A stretch of 49,425 bases of DNA from Emiliania huxleyi CCMP1516. Lineage: Eukaryota. The notes beneath the pieces were generated by a model, which saw nothing but the letters and a program-made list of their open reading frames with translations, searched no databases and had not been told where the DNA came from. This document shows, piece after piece, positions 17,152 to 27,639 of this stretch. A program made the translations under genes and the position numbers. Numbering within the stretch: position 1 is the stretch's first letter; every line of letters starts with the position of its first letter. The stretch spans positions 806,810-856,234 of the forward strand of contig NW_005201192.1 of assembly GCF_000372725.1 (NCBI RefSeq), written 5' to 3'.

Positions 17152-17745
17152 TTGCACTTCCAAGAGTTTGCTTCCTTGCTCACCCGAGTCCCCGTGTTTC
17201 TCTCCTCGTTGTGCATCTTGCCTGTGATCAAGGCCGCTTACGGACCCAGCCAGCAAATCGCAATCTTCACGGCCAACAAGGCAACGCTGGAGCCAATGCG
17301 CGAACTGATCGAAAGAACGTGCGCTGTGCAAGTTGGAGAGGAGCGATTCGTCATTGTGGACTGCAAGGATGTGCCGGGGTTTGAGGCCGTTGAGCGAGGC
17401 GAGGCGGTGGATACACTGAAGGTTGAGCCAGGAATGGTCGAACTGGCGAAGCGCGTGGTCTCGAAGCACCCTGTCGTCGCTATTCTGATGGAGTGTACCG
17501 AGCTGCCACCGTACTCGGATGCCGTGCGCGCGGCCACTGGCTTGCCGGTGTGGGACGCGCTTAGCTGCTGCGACTTCTTTGTCGGCAGCATGAAGGACAA
17601 CGACCGTTGTGGCATGGCCGATTGGCAGGAGGAGTGGGACAGGGAACAAGACTGGTACAAGTTTGGGCACGAGCTCAACACAGAAGAGCGTGGCAGGCTG
17701 GAATCGTATTTTTCGCAGTCTTCTCGACTGTCGATCATAAGATAG
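17152..17745 (+). pseudogene. Alma-family DMSP lyase (Asp/Glu racemase superfamily), 5'-truncated intronless fragment
   Basis: Motifs HFQ...VPVFLSSL...IAIFTAN...RFVIVDCKDVPGFEAVERGEAVD...AILMECTELPPYSDAVRAATGLPVWDA...DFF...DWQEEWD match Alma proteins as recalled. No ATG, and the expected upstream GDCGF catalytic-Cys motif is absent. Confidence 0.75.
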
Positions 17746-17963
17746 AAGAGTAGCAAGCTTTACTCACAGTGCAGATGACTTAGTTAAGCAAGTGCAAGTA
17801 AGTACCCCACCGGACACAGTGCCGAATCCAACGCCGTGTGGGGGTGTGGTAGGGCTCTTGGGCGGGCAGGACCATACCCCCTACCCCTTTGGGCCGCGAA
17901 TCTCGATCGGTGTGTTGCGGGTCGATAAATAAATAAAAGGTTCCTAGCCCCCTCCCCTCTTGC

Positions 17964-18112
17964 ATAAATAAATAAATAAATAAAAACGGACACCTCTCTA
18001 CTGTGAGATGGGTAAAAAGGAACAGGCCCCCGCCCTTGCGATCTTTGTGCAGGGTTCTTTGTGGGTGTGGTCGGCGACTAGCCGGGGTCGTCCTCCCGAT
18101 GGGGGACTAGCA
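17964..18112 (-). repeat. Repeat C, copy 1 (about 150 bp with a (TTTA)n tail on the minus strand; copy 2 at 33980-34125)
   Basis: The two copies are nearly identical from (AAAT)n-AAAAACGGACACC to GGGGGACTAGCA. Confidence 0.9.
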
Positions 18113-18541
18113 CTAGCCGTCTTCCACATGGTCCCTCGGGTCCCTGCTGCTCCTAATCTCTTCGTACATCCTCCTGCTGATCTCCGCAAAGTCCTGCTCC
18201 CTCCCTCGTCTCGCCCTGCGCGTCTGCTCCGCCTCACCGTCTTCTGCCCTGCGTCGTCTGGCGACGGGTCCTCCATAGTCGGTCGAGGTCGCCGCCCTCC
18301 TCGTGCCTCTTCCCAACGTTCCCTCGGCGGCCGATGCCGTCTGCTCCGGCTCCCCAGTCCCCGGGTCTCCCCTGCTCTCGTCTGCACTAGCTTCTGCCTC
18401 GTCATCACTGGCGCCTCTCCTCTTCCTTCTCCCCTCTTCTTGTATGCTTTGTACATCCTCTTGCACACAACAGGAATTTTGACAATTAACCAGATGACTG
18501 ATGGGCCTGCCCATCCCGGAGTGGTTCGACCCCACGCAAAC

Positions 18542-18825
18542 CCGAGACGGTGATGGGAGGGTCGTGTGATGATCTCAGGCCCAGTGAGGTAGTGCATCTG
18601 ACTATCCCGGATCCTGCTGAACAAGCTCCTCTTGTAGCTCGATCGGTCACACCGCCATCGCCGTCGGGGAGAGGGGGGGACGACACTGCTTCGGCAGCGT
18701 GCACCTCGATCCTGTACCGTGTTTGTTATGACCCCCCCCAATGAACATACCAGTGAGGGAGGGCGAGACGATCGAGGGGTCCCGTACCATGCGGAATCGA
18801 CCCTATCCAGTGCTCAAGTGCTCAA
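18542..18825 (+). repeat. Repeat B, copy 2
   Basis: Direct copy of 15205-15529 with small deletions. Confidence 0.85.
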
Positions 18826-20153
18826 AAGGTTCCTCATTCGATGCCGAAGGCGCCGTCCTCGCTCTCCTCCTCCTCGTCTCGGGCTCGTCGGGCAGCTCCA
18901 GCTCGTCGAGGTACGCGGAGTAGCGCTCGCAGATCTCGGGCCTCGAGTTGTTGTTGTTTTGTGGCGTTGGCCCCGTTCGCGGCTAATTGCGCCGTCTCCC
19001 GTGCAAGCGAAGCGGTTTTTTACCCACCACCTACCTACCTATTGCGGGGCCCTCTGGGGCGGTCAAAACCGGACCTACCTACCTATTGCATAGGGTCTAA
19101 CCGTGGTGCACAGACCCCTACCTCATGTATCGGAGTTATGGCACACTTAAGAGCTGTGAACGTGAAGAGAGTGGTACCAGAACTGTGGGTCGTTGCGGCA
19201 CGCATGGGGGGCCTCCCGGACGTATGATCCTAACCCAATACGTCCCACGGAGCACATTTCGATTTTTGACAGAATTAAATGCACTGCCCCCGCACGGTAC
19301 TAATAGTCGTAGTTTTGGCACCGCTGCCCTTCACGGCACCACACCGCCGCTTGACAGCCCGGGATTAGCCTAGCAGCGAGTGGGCATCGCCTGCCGGTCG
19401 GCTGGGCACGAGCCAAGCACTTGGGCGGCCGTCAACCGAGTCCGAGCGGCGCCTGAGGCGGGTGCCACGGCGTCTGCACGAAGGCGTGGCGGGGTGAGGA
19501 GCCAGGAGTGGTGAACACCTCCCCGTCGGGCGCGCGGCGCGCCGGATGGTCCGCCGAGGCCGCCGCCGCCCCGGCGGCGGCGATGGGGGCGGCGGGGCCG
19601 ACCCGGCCGGCGTTTGTCGGCTCCACCTACAGAAGAGCAGTCTCTGTGGGTCGACGATACTAACTCGGTAGTAACGCGGAGCGGTGCTGTGCGACGCCGC
19701 GTCGTGCGCGAGGCGACCTCCTGAGGCTACCTGAGCTGGCAATGGATGCCACCAGGACGCACGGCTAGCAGGAGCCAGTCGGGCATGCCCTGCTGTGGAG
19801 CAGAGCCGGCTGGCGCACCGGCGATACTAACTCAGCGCGCCGCAAGAGGCGAATCTGGGCGACTTTGGAGGCGCAGTTCTCGAGCTTGCCGTCGACGATT
19901 GATGTCGGGTAAATTGTCACTGCCGTCGGGGAAGGTCTTCTCTCAGCAGGCCGAGCGCCGTGGCCTGGCTCGGCTCGCCGGAGTCGCGCGAATTTATGTA
20001 TGTAAAGAGTGAATGCAGAAGATCGGACAGGGGAGGGACGCGGCCAGAAAGAGGGCGGGCGCCGAGGTTCGAAAGCCGGCGCTTTCGCGCGTTCGAAGGG
20101 GCTTTGCACGGAGTTTGTGCGAAATTTGCGGTTGGCCTTCGCCCTGCGGCGAG

Positions 20154-23100
20154 ATGGCACCGCAGGCGGCGTGCGTGCACGAGGGCGGCGGCGTCGAGCG
20201 CCGAGCAGCACACCACGAGCGCGAGCGGCAGCGCAGACAACGCGAGGCAGCGGGCGGCACGACCGAGCCGGCGGCGGAGGAGGCGATGGACGTCGAGGCG
20301 GTGAGCGCCGCGGACGTGCTGGCCGGCGTGGAGGAGAGCGGCCCGAACTACGCCCTTCCGACGGCGAGGGAGGGCCAGAGGGAGCGGCGGGAGCGGCTGC
20401 GGGTGGACGAGACGGCGAAGCAGGCGGGGCACACCATCGTGGAGACGGGAACGCACGTCGAGATCCTGGGCGAGCAGGGCTTGTGGTGGCCGGCCACCAT
20501 CGCGGGGCGGGAGGAGGACGTGGACGGCCGGCTCGTGCACGAGGTCGAATACGACGGCCACCAGGGCGAGCAGTACTGGCACATGCTTGACGACGAGCAG
20601 TGGCGGCGCGCGACCGCGATGCCGACGCCAGCCGACGGCACGAATGTGGCGGCCTCCACCGAGGGCGAGGAGAGCGGCGGCGAGGAGAGCGGCGGCGAGG
20701 AGAGCGGCGGCGAGGAGGACGCGGTCGCCGCGGGGACGCGAGCGGGCGCGCATCGCCGCGCGACGGCCGTGCAGCATAGCGAACTGGCCGACCTGCTCGA
20801 CGGGATGGACGACGAGCGGCAGGAGGAGGCCATGCGGGCGGACGATCAGCCTTTGCTGAGGCCGCACGGGCCGAGCCTGTCGCGGCAGCTGGTGTACGTG
20901 AGACGCCGGCAGCGCGACTTTCTCGCCCAGCAGGCGAAGAAGGGCAAGGACGTGGCCATGTCGCGGACCTCGCGCGGCACGCACCCCACCATTCGCTGGA
21001 CGATCCGCTTCGGCCAGTGGCTGGCGACGACGCGCGTCCGGCCGTTGAGGGCAAGCCGCTGGCACCTTCCCGTCGGGAGTGTCGCGCGAGGGGAGGAGGC
21101 GATGGTGCGCACCGGACGCGGCGAGAAGTCTGTGGAGGTCGCCCTCAAACACATGAAGAACCACCTCTGGTGCGAGCTGTGGCCTGCGATGCCAGCGGCC
21201 GGCACGTCGGAGGCGAGGCAGTACTGGAAGTCGGTGAGGGACCAGGTCATGTCCTTGTTCGAGGGCGGCGGCAGCGGGATGAAGATGCTGGCGGAGGAGG
21301 CAGGGAAGGCGGCGGGGCGAGCCGCGGCGGCCGAGAGCGCCGCGCGCGGGAAGAGCGCCCGCCAGCAGCGGCTGGCGAGCGCGCAGGCGAGCGCAGCGGC
21401 GAGCAAGCGGACGGTGGAGCAGCTGAGCGCGGCGACGACCCACCCGTGCGCGAAGCAGCACCTGTACCAGGTCGGCGAGTACCAGCTGCAGGACGTGTCG
21501 CTGGCGGAGCCGTTTGAAGCAAACGTGGCTCACGTCGTGTGTGCGTACTTGGGAACGGCGAAGGTCACGGGCTGCCGTCCCGGGATGGCGATGAATGACG
21601 CGAACGACCTGGCGGACGCCGACAGCCCCTGGCACGAGCTGCCGCCGCTGCAGATGGGCGACCTCTTCATCACCATGGACGAGGTCGCGGGGGAGGGCGA
21701 GGCGGGCGCAGTGCGGATGGAGGGCGATTTTGAGGCGCTGAGCCGGATGGAGGTGACGTTCAGGCGGAAGAAGGGCGAGTACTACGCGAAGTACGAGTTC
21801 GGCACCTCGCTCACGCCCGACTCGGACCAGATGATTCACCTCGGCACGGTGGCGATGCTGCGGCTGCTTGTGCGATGCGGGAGCTTTCGGGCGTGTTATG
21901 CGCATCTGAGCCGCGCCGGCGCGGCGGCGCTGCGAAGGAAGGTGGCCGATCCGCGTGGCTTTGCGGGGCTCGAGATCGAGGACACGGGCTACGACAGCTT
22001 CCTGTCGCTGGTGAGGGCGTGTCGCGAGGACGGGTGGGTGCTGGACGAGGCCGCGCTGGATCGGCCTCTCTTCCCCGCCGTCGACGAGGCCACGGGCAAC
22101 TTCCTGTTCACGGAGAGCTTTCAGGTGCGGCGCATGTGCAGGCGCCTCATCGAGACGGGCGCCAGGATTGGGATGAACAAGCACAAGGTCGGCGCGTGGA
22201 GTCTGCGCAAGGATGCGTGCGAGCAGCCGGCGGCGGCGGGCGACGGCGAAGTGGCGGCGAGGGTCCTCGGTCACCGGCAGATTAACTCGCGGACCATGGA
22301 CCGGGTCTACCGCGCCGACCTTCGGACGCGCGACCTCGGTGCGTACTGGATGCGGCGCGGCGCGCTGGAGAGCGTCGAGCGGGCGCCGCAGTCGGCGCTA
22401 TCGGCGACGCGCGTTCCCGAGGCGAGCGGCGTGCGCGGCCTCGCCGACCTGCCCGCGGACTGCCCGGAGCGCGAGGCCATGCGCAGCTGCGAGCGCGTGG
22501 CGGCGGCGGACGCGGAGGTGGAAGGGGCACGTCGCGAGCTGGCGGCGCTGCTGGGCGTCGCGGACCTGCCGTGGGGCTCCAAGGCGAAGGCGCGCGCCGC
22601 CGGCCACGGCGACGCGGCGGACAGGTACGAGGCCGCGCGGGTGCGGCACTACAATAGGACGCGTGAGGCGCGCGAGCGCGCGGTCGAGGAGTACCGGCTG
22701 CGCATGTACAAAGAGGGGCTCCAGCGGCTGCGCACCACTCCGTCGCTGCGGCGAGCGATGTTGAGCACGCACGCGTGGGCTCCTCGGTCGGAGGACGAGG
22801 CGATCGCGTTCGGGCTGGATCGGAGGGACCGGACGGGCGAGCTGCGGGCGCTGCGCGAGCTGCCGGCGGCGCTGCAGGGGTCGATATTGCGAGTGGGCGC
22901 GCTGCACGTGCTGCCGCGGAAGCGGCCGCGGCAGGGGACGTACGGCCACGTGCGTGAGCGCTGCGAGCAGCTCTGCTCGCTCACGTGCGGCTCAGAGGAG
23001 TGCGGCGAGGACGGCCCCGCCATCCCCTGGCCTGACTCGGCCCACGACTTTGAGGCGCTGCGCTGCGAGCGGTGCGGCGACGCGGTGCAGCTGCGGCTGC

Positions 23101-23282
23101 GCTGGCGACGCGAGGTGGCGCCAGGGCCGACCGGCGCGGCGGTTGCCGGGGAAGCGATGGCGGCGGGCGCGACCGCCGCCCTCGGAGCGAGCCACGCCGA
23201 AGCGTATGGCGTGTGGTACACGATGTGCGGCCGGGCCACGATCGGCAACGCGGCGTACGAGGCGGGCGTGGACGCGACGTGA
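20154..23282 (+). CDS. Tyrosine recombinase with N-terminal Tudor/Agenet-like domain and Cys-rich C-terminus (YR-transposon integrase, Crypton/DUF3435-like), copy 1
   Basis: ORF open from 20013, likely start at MAPQ (20154). Catalytic-type motifs VTGCRPG (R at 21576), AWSLRK (W/H-x-x-R, 22197-22208) and VLGH (22272)...RVY (22308). Tudor-like VEILGEQGLWWPATIAG...HEVEYDG...YWH at 20430-20610. Comparison with copy 2 shows the stop at 23280 arises from a 1-nt insertion. Confidence 0.8.
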   Translation: MAPQAACVHEGGGVERRAAHHERERQRRQREAAGGTTEPAAEEAMDVEAVSAADVLAGVEESGPNYALPTAREGQRERRERLRVDETAKQAGHTIVETGTHVEILGEQGLWWPATIAGREEDVDGRLVHEVEYDGHQGEQYWHMLDDEQWRRATAMPTPADGTNVAASTEGEESGGEESGGEESGGEEDAVAAGTRAGAHRRATAVQHSELADLLDGMDDERQEEAMRADDQPLLRPHGPSLSRQLVYVRRRQRDFLAQQAKKGKDVAMSRTSRGTHPTIRWTIRFGQWLATTRVRPLRASRWHLPVGSVARGEEAMVRTGRGEKSVEVALKHMKNHLWCELWPAMPAAGTSEARQYWKSVRDQVMSLFEGGGSGMKMLAEEAGKAAGRAAAAESAARGKSARQQRLASAQASAAASKRTVEQLSAATTHPCAKQHLYQVGEYQLQDVSLAEPFEANVAHVVCAYLGTAKVTGCRPGMAMNDANDLADADSPWHELPPLQMGDLFITMDEVAGEGEAGAVRMEGDFEALSRMEVTFRRKKGEYYAKYEFGTSLTPDSDQMIHLGTVAMLRLLVRCGSFRACYAHLSRAGAAALRRKVADPRGFAGLEIEDTGYDSFLSLVRACREDGWVLDEAALDRPLFPAVDEATGNFLFTESFQVRRMCRRLIETGARIGMNKHKVGAWSLRKDACEQPAAAGDGEVAARVLGHRQINSRTMDRVYRADLRTRDLGAYWMRRGALESVERAPQSALSATRVPEASGVRGLADLPADCPEREAMRSCERVAAADAEVEGARRELAALLGVADLPWGSKAKARAAGHGDAADRYEAARVRHYNRTREARERAVEEYRLRMYKEGLQRLRTTPSLRRAMLSTHAWAPRSEDEAIAFGLDRRDRTGELRALRELPAALQGSILRVGALHVLPRKRPRQGTYGHVRERCEQLCSLTCGSEECGEDGPAIPWPDSAHDFEALRCERCGDAVQLRLRWRREVAPGPTGAAVAGEAMAAGATAALGASHAEAYGVWYTMCGRATIGNAAYEAGVDAT

Positions 23283-23995
23283 GGGCGCTCCTCCGGTGGA
23301 CGAGGACGCGGAGGCGCTTCCCTCGGAGCATTCGCTGCAGGCGATGGTGGACGCGATGGACGAGAGCGAGGTGTGGGGACTGACTGCGGGGGTGGCTGGC
23401 GTTCTCGGCCTCTCGCAGGAGGTGTGAAGGAGCGCGAGGGGGGGGGGGGGGGGTGGGGGGGGGGGCCACCATGACAACAGGGATGGGACCGGGGCGCGTG
23501 AGCGTCGATGGCGTAGTCGCTGTCGCGTGTGGGAGGCGAGACCGCGCGCAGTAGCTGTAGCGCGTGCGCGTAGGAGACGAGACCGTGTGTCCCGTACCGG
23601 ACGAGCGCCTCTCTTTCGTGCGCGGGCTGATTGGGTTGGCGAGTGCGTCGACGTTTAGAGGCGATGAAGAGCACGAGACACTGCACTCTCTGGCGGAGCG
23701 AGGTAGCGGGGTGCGTGTTCGTCGTAGCTGAGTGCGAGGCGGCAGGAACGGCAAGGCGGAGTCGTAAGTACGATACCGATATGTGGACGCAACGGACGCG
23801 CCGGCAGCTCATGAGTGCAAGAAGAAAACAAGGTCGGTGTATGTAAAAGAGGAATGCAGAAGATTGGACAGTGGAGGGACGCGGCCAGAAAGAGGGCGGG
23901 CGCCGAGTTTCGAAAGCCGGCGCTTTCGCGCGTTCGAAGGGGCTTTGTCGCGGAATTTGTGCAAAATGGACAAAATTTGCGCGCGAAAGCCGAGA

Positions 23996-26900
23996 TGGCA
24001 CCGCAGGCGGCGTGTGTGCACGAGGGCGGCGGCGTCGAGCGCCGAGAAGCACACCACGAGCGCGAGCGGCAGCGCCGACAACGGGAGGCGGCGGGCGGCT
24101 CGACCGAGCCGGCGGCGGAGGAGGCGACGGACGTCGAGGCGGTGAGCGCCGCGGACGTCCTGGCCGGCGTGGAGGAGAGCGGCCCGAACTACGCCCTTCC
24201 GACGGCGAGGGAGGGCCAGAGGGAGCGGCGGGAGCGGCTGCGGGTGGACGAGACGGCGAAGCAGGCGGGGCACACCATCGTGGAGACGGGAACGCACGTC
24301 GAGATCCTGGGTGAGCAAGGCTTGTGGTGGCCGGCCACCATCGCGGGGCGGGAGGAGGACGTGGACGGCCGGCTCGTGCACGAGGTCGAATACGACGGCT
24401 ACCAGGGCGAGCAGTACTGGCACATGCTTGACGACGAGCAGTGGCGGCGCGCGACCGCGATGCCGACGCCAGCCAACGGCACGAATGCGGCGGCCTCCAC
24501 CGAGGGCGAGGAGAGCGGCGGCGAGGAGGGCGGCGGCGAGGAGAGCGGCGGCGAGGAGGACGCGGTCGCCGCGGGGACGCGAGCGGGCGCGCATCGCCGC
24601 GCGGCGGCCGCGCAGCATAGCGAACTGGCCGACCTGCTCGACGAGATGGACGACGAGCGGCAGGAGGAGGCCATGCGGGCGGACGATCAGCCTTTGCTGA
24701 GGCCGCACGGGCCGAGCCGGTCGCGGCAACTGGTGAACGTGAGACGCCGGCTGCGCGACTTCTCGCCCAGCAGGCGAAGAAGGGCAAGGACGTGCCCATG
24801 TTGCGGACCTCGCGCGGCACGCACCCCACCATTCGCTGGACGATCCGGTTCGGCCAGTGGCTGGCGACGACGCGCGTCCTGCCGTCGAGGGCAAGCCGCT
24901 GGCACTTTCCCGTCGAGAGTGTCGCGCGGCGGGACGAGGCGATTGTGCGCACCGGACGCGGCGAGAAGTCTGTGGAGGTCGCCCTCAAACACATGAAGAA
25001 CCACCTCTGGTGCGAGCTGTGGCCGGCGATGCCAGCGGCCGGCACGTCGGAGGCGAGGCAGTACTGGAAGTCGGTGAGGGACCAGGTCATGTCCTTGTTC
25101 GAGGGCGGCGGCAGCGGGATGAAGATGCTGGCGGAGGAGGCAGGGAAGGCGGCGGGGCGAGCCGCGGCGGCCGAGAGCGCCGCGCGCGGGAAGAGCGCGC
25201 ACCAGCAGCGGCTGGCGAGCGCGCGCAGGCGAGCGCGGCGGCGAGCAAGCGGACGGTGGAGCAGCTGAGCGCGGCGACGATCCACCCGTGCGCGAAGCAG
25301 CACCTGTACCAGGTCGGCGAGTACCAGCTGCAGGACGCGTCGCTGGCGGAGCCGTTTGAAGCAAACGTGGCTCACGTCGTGTGTGCGTACTTGGGAACGG
25401 CGAAGGTCACACGGGCTGCCGTCCCGGGATGGCGATGAACGACGCGAACGACCTGGCGGACGCCGACAGCCCCTGGCACGAGCTGCCGCCGCTTCAGATG
25501 GGCGACCTCTTCATCACCATGGACGAGGTCGCGGGGGAGGGCGAGGCGGGCGCAGTGCGGATGGAGGGCGATTTCGAGGCGCTGAGCCGGATGGAGGTGA
25601 TGTTCAGGCGGAAGAAGGGCGAGTACTACGCGAAGTACGAGTTCGGCACCTCGCTCACGCCCGACTCGGACCAGATGATTCGCCTCGGCACGGTGGCGAT
25701 GCTGCGGCTGCTTGTGCGATGCGGGAGCTTTCGGGCGTGTTATGCGCACCTGAGCCGCGCCGACGCGGCGGCGCTGCGAAGGAAGGTGGCCGATCCGCGT
25801 GGCTTTGCGGGGCTCGAGATCGAGGACACGGGCTACGACAGCTCCTGTCGCTGGTGAGGGCGAGTCGCGAGGACGGGTGGGTGCTGGACGAGGCCGCGCT
25901 GGATCGGCCTCTCTTCCCCGCCGTCGACGAGGCCACGGGCAACTTCCTGTTCACGGAGAGCTTTCAGGTGCGGCGCATGTGCAGGCGCCTCATCGAGACG
26001 GGCGCCAGGATTGGGATGAACAAGCACAAGGTCGGCGCGTGGAGTCTGCGCAAGGATGCGTGCGAGCCGGCGGCGGCGGGCGACGGCGAAGTGGCGGCGA
26101 GGGTCCTCGGTCACCGGCAGGTGAACTCGCGGACCATGGACCGGGTCTACCGCGCCGACCTTCGGACGCGCGACCTCGGTGCGTACTGGATGCGGCGCGG
26201 CGCGCTGGAGAGCGTCGAGCGGGCGCCGCAGTCGGCGCTATCGGCGACGCGCGTTCCCGAGGCGGAAGGGGCACGTCGCGAGCTGGCGGCGCTGCTGGGC
26301 GTCGCGGACCTGCCGTGGGGCTCCAAGGCGAAGGCGCGCGCCGCCGGCCACGGCGACGCGGCGGACAGGTACGAGGCCGCGCGGGTGCGGCACTACAATA
26401 GGACGCGTGAGGCGCGCGAGCGCGCGGTCGAGGAGTACCGGCTGCGCCTGTACAAAGAGGGGCTCCAGCGGCTGCGCACCACTCCGTCGCTGCGGCGAGC
26501 GATGTTGAGCACGCACGCGTGGGCTCCTCGGTCGGAGGACGAGGCGATCGCGTTCGGGCTGGATCGGAGGGACCGGACGGCCGAGCTGCGGGCGCTGCGC
26601 GAGCTGCCGGCCGCGCTGCAGGGGTCGATATTGCGAGTGGGCGCGCTGCACGTGCTGCCGCGGAAGCGGCCGCGGCAGGGGACGTACGGCCACGTGCGTG
26701 AGCGCTGCGAGCAGCTCTGCTCGCTCACGTGCGGCTCAGAGGAGTGCGGCGAGGACGGCCCCGCCATCCCCTGGCCTGACTCGGCCCACGACTTTGAGGC
26801 GCTGCGCTGCGAGCGGTGCGGCGACGCGGTGCAGCTGCGGCTGCGCTGGCGACGCGAGGTGGCGCCAGGTCCGGCCGGCGCGGCGGTTGCCGGGGAAGCG

Positions 26901-27639
26901 ATGGCGGCGGGCGCGACCGCCGCCCTCGGAGCGAGCCACGCCGAAGCGTATGGCGTGTGGTACACGATGTGCGGCCGGGCCACGATCGGCAACGCGGCGT
27001 ACGAGGCGGGCGTGGACGCGACGGAGGGCGCGCCTCTGGTGGACGAGGACACGGAGGCGCTTCCCTCGGAGCATTCGCTGCAGGCGATGGTGGACGCGAT
27101 GGACGAGAGCGAGGTGTGGGGACTGACTGCGGGGGTGGCTGGCNNNNNNNNNNNNNNNNNNNNNNNNNNNNNNNNNNNNNNNNNNNNNNNNNNNNNNNNN
27201 NNNNNNNNNNNNNNNNNNNNNNNNNNNNNNNNNNNNNNNNNNNCGTACCGGGCGAGCGCCTCTCTTTCGTGCGCGGGCTGATCTCGTGGCGCGAGGAGGG
27301 CACCGACTGGCGGCGCGTGCCGCCCCGCCAGGAGGCAGCGGCGGAGCCGGCGGAGCCGTCGTCGTCGTCGGTGGCGGCGGCCGAGCCAGAGGCGGCCGAG
27401 CCAGAGGCGGCCGAGCCAGCGGAGCCATCGAGCCAGCGAGGCGGTGCGATCGAGGCGGCGCCTGCGGGCCCGGCGCCGAGGAGCAGCACCTTAGCGAGGC
27501 GATCCGCGAGTCCATGCCCGCGATCCACGCGCGCTTCGCCGCAAAGGAAGGCGGCAGCACCGCCCGCTCGGCTGAGGAGCTAATGGGTCGCTTTGTCGCG
27601 GCCGCGCGCTGGCAACGCGCTGAGGCGGCCGCGCGCTGA
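23996..27639 (+). pseudogene. Second tandem copy of the Tudor-tyrosine recombinase gene, frameshifted, spanning a gap
   Basis: High identity to copy 1 from about 23840. Frameshifts near 24760, 25222, 25410 and 25843, and a 96-nt in-frame deletion near 26264. After the gap, 27244-27282 matches 23593-23631, then continues into a unique 3' part. Confidence 0.85.

Noticed and set aside
18075..18112. Helitron 3' terminus (hairpin plus CTAG) at the end of repeat C
   Set aside because: CTAG is followed by CA, not T, in both copies, and no 5' TC end or RepHel gene was seen. It remains possible but unsupported.
19765..25375. Long minus-strand ORFs (785 aa, 908 aa and others) opposite the recombinase
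   Set aside because: These are antisense shadows of a very GC-rich coding strand, with Arg/Pro/Ala-rich translations and no motifs.
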